Shown here: one piece after another, positions 57,380 to 58,853 of the stretch
Numbering within the stretch: position 1 is the first letter of the stretch
How the letters are laid out: each line of letters begins with the position of its first letter
From: a virus
Lineage: Duplodnaviria; Caudoviricetes
IMG/VR virus record: IMGVR_UViG_3300023184_006354
Span: 1-58,853 of that record
Direction: 5' to 3' (one strand)
DNA length: 58,853 nucleotides
Notes under the pieces: generated by a model
Databases searched by the model: none
Seen by the model: the letters and a program-made list of their open reading frames with translations, nothing else
Told to the model about the DNA's origin: nothing
Position numbers and translations under genes: made by a program

Positions 57380-57681
57380 AAAATAAAAATATGCTTAAAA
57401 AGCTACAAAAAGAATTAGAACGAGATCCTTTTATGAGATTCGCTAAACAAAAAAATCCAACAATGTATAAATCAGAACTTGATAAACTTTTTAATCGTGA
57501 AAAAAAGCATTTGAGGCAAAAAAGAATAGGACAAAAAGAAGCCGAAAAACAAATGGATTTTATGGAAGCAGAATCAAGATTCAAACATATTAATGACCCT
57601 TGGTTAAGAAAGCATTTGGCCTATAAATCGTTGCAAAAAAATAAAAAACAATCACCAAAAAATAAAAATTTTTACCTATGA
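57376..57681 (+). CDS. Basic hypothetical protein
   Basis: ATGA overlap with uvsE. Confidence 0.6.
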   Translation: MKNKNMLKKLQKELERDPFMRFAKQKNPTMYKSELDKLFNREKKHLRQKRIGQKEAEKQMDFMEAESRFKHINDPWLRKHLAYKSLQKNKKQSPKNKNFYL

Positions 57682-57767
57682 CACATAAACTATACGAAAT
57701 GTTCATAGTTATCCTTGGTGTAATTGCTAATATAGTGCTTATAATTAATGCAATACATCATTGGTAA
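57678..57767 (+). CDS. 29-aa single-TM micropeptide (not in ORF track)
   Basis: MTHKLYEMFIVILGVIANIVLIINAIHHW; ATGA overlap upstream and TAATG overlap downstream. Confidence 0.6.
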   Translation: MTHKLYEMFIVILGVIANIVLIINAIHHW

Positions 57768-58429
57768 TGAATAAATATTTAATAGTATCAGACATTCATC
57801 TTGGAGATAAACATTCCAGAGCAGATTTAGTTTTAAAAGTATTAAAAGAAAACAAAGCAAAAACAATTATAATTGCTGGCGATCTTTTTGACCACCATAA
57901 TCTTCATAGACTAAACAAAACCCATTGGAAGGTATTATCTAAATTACGCAAACTTTCTAAAAAATGCAAGATAATTTATTTGATTGGTAATCATTGTTTT
58001 CTTAAAGCAGAGTTTATGAGTATTCTTCTTGGTTTTAATTGCAAAGACGAACATATCATAGATTTAAAAGATGAAAAGGTATTAGTAGTTCACGGAGATA
58101 TATTTGATATTTACTTTACAAAATATAAATGGATTACTAATTTTATTATTAAAATATATTACCTCATTAGACATTATACTCCATTTGCAGATGATTTCTT
58201 TAAATTATTTAAACACCATACAAATGATTTTGTAGAGAAAAGTTCGGATATTAAACAAAATGCTTTGAATTATATTAATATGAATGGATACGATAAGATA
58301 ATCTGTGGTCACACTCATCTTCCAGAAGATGATGGTAAATATATAAATACTGGAAGTTTTTGCGAAAAAGAATGTGGATATGTTGTTATAGATAAAAAAA
58401 ACAAAATAAGATTGACAAAAATTAAATAA
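57767..58429 (+). CDS. Calcineurin-like metallophosphoesterase (LpxH-like)
   Basis: SDIHLG, GDLFD, GNH, HGD.FD, CGHTH, NTGS. Confidence 0.85.
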   Translation: MNKYLIVSDIHLGDKHSRADLVLKVLKENKAKTIIIAGDLFDHHNLHRLNKTHWKVLSKLRKLSKKCKIIYLIGNHCFLKAEFMSILLGFNCKDEHIIDLKDEKVLVVHGDIFDIYFTKYKWITNFIIKIYYLIRHYTPFADDFFKLFKHHTNDFVEKSSDIKQNALNYINMNGYDKIICGHTHLPEDDGKYINTGSFCEKECGYVVIDKKNKIRLTKIK

Positions 58430-58446
58430 AAGATAATATATAGTAT

Positions 58447-58853
58447 ATGGGTATGTTTAATTATATCAAAGTCGAGCAAGATTTACCTCTTAATGATGAG
58501 TTAAAAGCTCTTAACATTGATTTTAAGAAAGAAGAATTTCAAACAAAAGAATTAGAAGAAAGTCTTATGTCTACTTATATTATTCGTGATTATAGATTAT
58601 TTGAATTAAAAATAACTAGCCATTGGGAAGATAATCCAGACTATGTAAAAGATGGTAGTAGATTTGGTGAATTTTTCAATAAGAATAAATTGGTAAAAGA
58701 TAGTGAAGAAGAAGTTTTTAGAGATGATTATACTGGAGTATTTACTTTCGGTTGTTACATTTTAGGGAAAGATATTAATGACGATGATCTTTTTCCAGAT
58801 TGGAAATGTGTTGTAATTAAAGGCTTAGTAGAAGAAATGTCTCTTATTACTCC
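58447..58853 (+). CDS. Hypothetical phage protein (3'-truncated)
   Basis: MGMFNYI...FQTKEL; frame open to the window end; TTGACA element upstream. Confidence 0.7.
   Translation, partial: MGMFNYIKVEQDLPLNDELKALNIDFKKEEFQTKELEESLMSTYIIRDYRLFELKITSHWEDNPDYVKDGSRFGEFFNKNKLVKDSEEEVFRDDYTGVFTFGCYILGKDINDDDLFPDWKCVVIKGLVEEMSLIT

Noticed and set aside
747-57584. Short antisense or nested ORFs in the track (e.g. 747-983, 5156-5356, 32154-32567, 50271-50510, 51376-52411, 57138-57584)
   Set aside because: They lie within or opposite well-supported genes, have no recognisable motifs or promoters, and look like shadow ORFs.
1-58853. Alternative genetic code (stop-codon recoding)
   Set aside because: Conserved genes are full length and tightly packed under code 11, and no suppressor tRNA is seen.
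1-58853. Bacterial chromosome or prophage origin
   Set aside because: A tail gene, homing endonucleases, phage-type sigma factor, dNMP kinase and dense small hypothetical genes, with no ribosomal or other core cellular operons and no integrase, fit a lytic phage better.

Overview
AT-rich segment of a large lytic dsDNA tailed phage; the host cannot be identified from this window. From left to right: the 3' part of a lambda-J-like central tail fibre gene, then a long minus-strand replication and recombination block (DnaE split into PHP and core genes with DnaQ between them, primase, DnaB, RecA, ThyX, nucleases, a GIY-YIG/AP2 homing endonuclease). A ~15-kb nucleotide-sugar and glycosyltransferase cluster follows (Gmd, RfbB, RfbH, ThDP enzyme, NeuB-like, AroB-like, NodZ-like). 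After a divergent intergenic region come class Ia NrdAB, a phage sigma factor, nucleotide-metabolism genes (dNMP kinase, dCMP deaminase, GuaC/IMPDH-like, PurA), two tandem gpK-like JAB-NlpC/P60 genes, a tmRNA, two tRNAs, UvsE and many small hypothetical genes. Main highlights: (1) an unrecognised ~280-nt, promoter-driven, pseudoknotted structured RNA upstream of nrdA; (2) a tRNA-Ser with the very rare ACT anticodon and a tmRNA with a long 24-codon tag; (3) two classes of apparently leaderless promoters, sigma70-like ones and a GTGTAA-N8-start motif possibly read by the phage sigma factor; (4) a sugar cluster that may make a branched or carbocyclic higher-carbon sugar; (5) a repeated 27-bp motif upstream of uvsE. 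All protein calls come from motif recognition by eye, not database searches.
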